DNA of 64,000 nucleotides from Neoconidiobolus thromboides FSU 785 (Eukaryota; Fungi; Entomophthoromycota): NCBI GenBank assembly GCA_025603075.1, contig MU626289.1, positions 1 to 64,000 of the forward strand, read 5' to 3'. Shown piece by piece: positions 61,152 to 64,000 of this stretch (position 1 is its first letter; each line of letters starts with the position of its first letter). The notes under the pieces were generated by a model. It saw only the letters and a program-made list of their open reading frames with translations, ran no database searches and was not told where the DNA came from. The position numbers and the translations under genes were made by a program.

Positions 61152-64000
61152 TATAGATAAACAGATAGATAAATAATGAGATCGAAATACAAAATAAAAT
61201 TTTATGATTTTGTAATTTTATAAATAAGATTAACATCAATAAATTGCTTTACCTTAGCTTTATATACTTCCTTACCTCAAACAAATTATCAAATCATTTT
61301 CCATTTATGTACATTAACGGTCAATGTCCACCCCTATTAAACTTGAAATCAGTCATTTACATTTTAATTTATTTATTCTTTAAGGATTATAAATAAAACT
61401 TTATAATACTATTAACTTATCTTCCATTAAGCCTTTTAGCCATCATTTAAGAGTAGAGCTTAGGCAAAAAGTTGAAGAAAGTATAGGACCAAGCTTTAAA
61501 AAACATTTTTACTCGGATTTTTAATTCTAAAAAATAGCGTTAAGAATATCGCATTAGAATTGAAACAGTTATAACTTTGAGCTAAGATTATCGATTGTGA
61601 AGCTCAAAAATCCTATTTTTGTATTTTATTACAAATTTGCGAAATTATTTTTTAATTTTTTGTAAGTTTCGTAATAACGAAAAAATGCATGAATCGGAAT
61701 TGAGTTGCTCTTTATTATATTATTCCATGTGATGTTATATTTTTTTGATATTGGTGCCTTAAAATAAATTAGAGTTGCAGTAATGAGTTTTTTGCTATTT
61801 ATGTATTTCATTTTATATCAGTATAACATTTGCCCAATTATTAATAAAATAATAGCAAACTATTTTATTTTTCTAACATTTAGTTGCTGCCTATCTATTT
61901 ATCTATCTATACTTTTTGATATATCAGTATTTAATTATAATACTATTGAGAATTGTAATTTATTTAGCAGTGATATTTTAGTTAGTAATGTTACTAAAAA
62001 TGCATCTATTGCTTGTTTTGAACATTACATTCTAATACTGTTTACTTATTATAAACGCTGGATGGATATAATACAAGTTCGATTATTTCCATTACTCATA
62101 GCTCTTAAATTAAAATATTTAATTAGTATTTATTATCATTGTTTTTATTAATATTTAGATTATTTACTTTTATACTTTTTTAAATTAACTCGCCTTTTTA
62201 GCTCACATAGAGATGTGGTTCTACTTTTCGTCTTATTAGAACTTGAATTTGTTAGCTCTAAATGAGTAAATTCAGAATCTCTTTTCAATCAATTTATTAC
62301 AAAATTTATAGTATCTATTTGTTAATATAAGTTTGAAAGCTTGATTCAAATTAAAAATTAAACCCCTTAATTTCACTTTTTATTCATTTCTTATATAACA
62401 TAAAACTCTAAAAAAGCTATTAAACAAAGCCAGATAAAAAACATCATAATATGTATTATTTTAAAACTAAGCAAAAGACAGAAGAATTGTAGTATTTAGT
62501 ATTTAATTTAACCCGAGCTTTTAAACTAACTCATATTATCAAGCTTCAATTTACCCTTTATTCAATTGTCTATATTAAGATATTTTTATTTATCCTAAAT
62601 TTATTTTATTATTGTAGTTCACCATTTTTGTTTATCTACTTTTAACTCATCTACTAAAAAAGAAATCGATTTATTTATATACGAATGCCTTACCTCTTTA
62701 ACTCTATGCTTACTTTGTAAATCTAATAGTTGAAAAAGAATATTTAAATTAACAGAAATAAGATCATATACATTTAGATAATATTAAAATTCCCAATTCT
62801 ATCTTCTCTCTGTTTTTTAGTACAAATCTTGATGTTTTTAATTTTTATTTGAACACTTTTATATTTTGCTTTGAAGATTGAAAAGTTAATAATTCAATTA
62901 TCAATAAGGGTTAAAGCCAAAACCATGGTTTATTAATATTGTATTTGTACATTAAATCATTATTGCATGACCAAAAATGTTGTTCTTTAATTGAGTATTA
63001 TTAAAGCGTTACTATTTTATAGATGGTATTATCTTAATTAAATTAAAATATTTCATTCTTTTGAAATTCTCTTAGCAAGTTTGTTAAACATAAAACTCAA
63101 ATACAACTAAAAATAGTTAAAATAACTTGTAAAGAGCTCAAGTATATATTTTGGAGCATCGCTTTAACATGACAATTAATAAATTTCGTTAAAATGAAAT
63201 CATTTTATAATACTAAGGGATAATAATAAGCAAGTTTTCAGAGTTACTTATTATTATTCAATACATTTATTAATTAGTTATAAAATCCATATAGATATGG
63301 GAAATAGAACAACTACCAAAATGTTTCTTTAACTTTGAAAGAGCCTGTATGTTCTCAAACGCCTTTTTTTATGGAAGGAAATGAGGCAGATAATGTTAAA
63401 AAAGGAATAATATAGATAGAGCTTATGAGGTAATAAGATGAAATCTTATCATGCTTTAAAAGGCAAAACGCAGATGTCTAAAAATACGACATATCTTCTG
63501 TCATCATAACTATACTTTTTATTTTAATATCAATAATCATAACCGCATTATAATTATTATTTAGAAAAATGTTCAATTAATTTAACCGAAATCTTGCTAA
63601 ATAACTTTTTTAATATAACTACTTTTGATTTCGAATATATGAGCACATTTTATTAATGTTGGCTTTTAGGTTTAAAATTATAAAATCTCTATAATCTTTT
63701 TAGCTTATTTTTACTTGGTTTCTATTACCAAACACGTATGGAGATGTTGTTCATTAATAGACTTATTAACTCAAAATAAAGATAAGCATTTTTTGGTTTA
63801 AGTTATAGAATTGATTCATTTATAATACTTAAAAAACCATTAATTGTATTTATAAATAATTTATTACTAAATTTGGCAAATAATTGAAAATATTTAATTA
63901 AAGTAGAAAAAATATAAGTTCGTAAATGACTATTTCGTATATTTTTGAAGTAACGGCTTTCTAAATATTTTGGTGTAAAAATAAACCCAAAATTAATAAA

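Noticed and set aside
61629-62151. ORFs of 60 and 122 aa near the window end
   Set aside because: Extremely AT-rich Ile/Phe/Tyr/Asn-biased sequence, overlapping on opposite strands, with no motifs.

Overview
Very AT-rich eukaryotic DNA with short (~50 bp) GT-AG introns. Gene content (animal-type phenylalanine hydroxylase, Opy2-like proteins, GPI proteins, P450) points to an early-diverging fungus, possibly Entomophthorales/Conidiobolus-like; this is inference, not an identification. Layout: (1) 0-10.5 kb is a secreted-protein island. It holds three intact copies and one pseudogene of a 10-cysteine defensin-like peptide, a Gly/Ser/Ala/Asn-rich secreted protein and two GPI-type twin-CX3C proteins. 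(2) 13-36 kb holds a degenerate SPX protein and a housekeeping block (MPP10, GET3, EamA transporter, CCT3, INO80E-like, RCL1, PAH, U5 snRNA, aldo-keto reductase, RPN6). (3) 36-48.6 kb is repeat-rich: a decayed and an intact UNC-93-like MFS gene, two identical tRNA-Thr(AGT) genes and a WrbA-like quinone reductase. (4) 49-61 kb holds two Opy2-like genes, a PSR/SCP phosphatase, a Tim44-like protein, a secreted I78 protease inhibitor and a P450. About 24 copies of a ~101 bp TA-flanked MITE are scattered through the window, 10 of them within 3 kb around the tRNAs. The most striking item is the defensin-like family. It has a plant-defensin/drosomycin cysteine frame plus a fifth Cys pair, a near-identical 351 bp tract shared by two copies, a conserved 53 bp 5'-UTR intron, and a pseudogene that lost exactly two predicted disulfide pairs.
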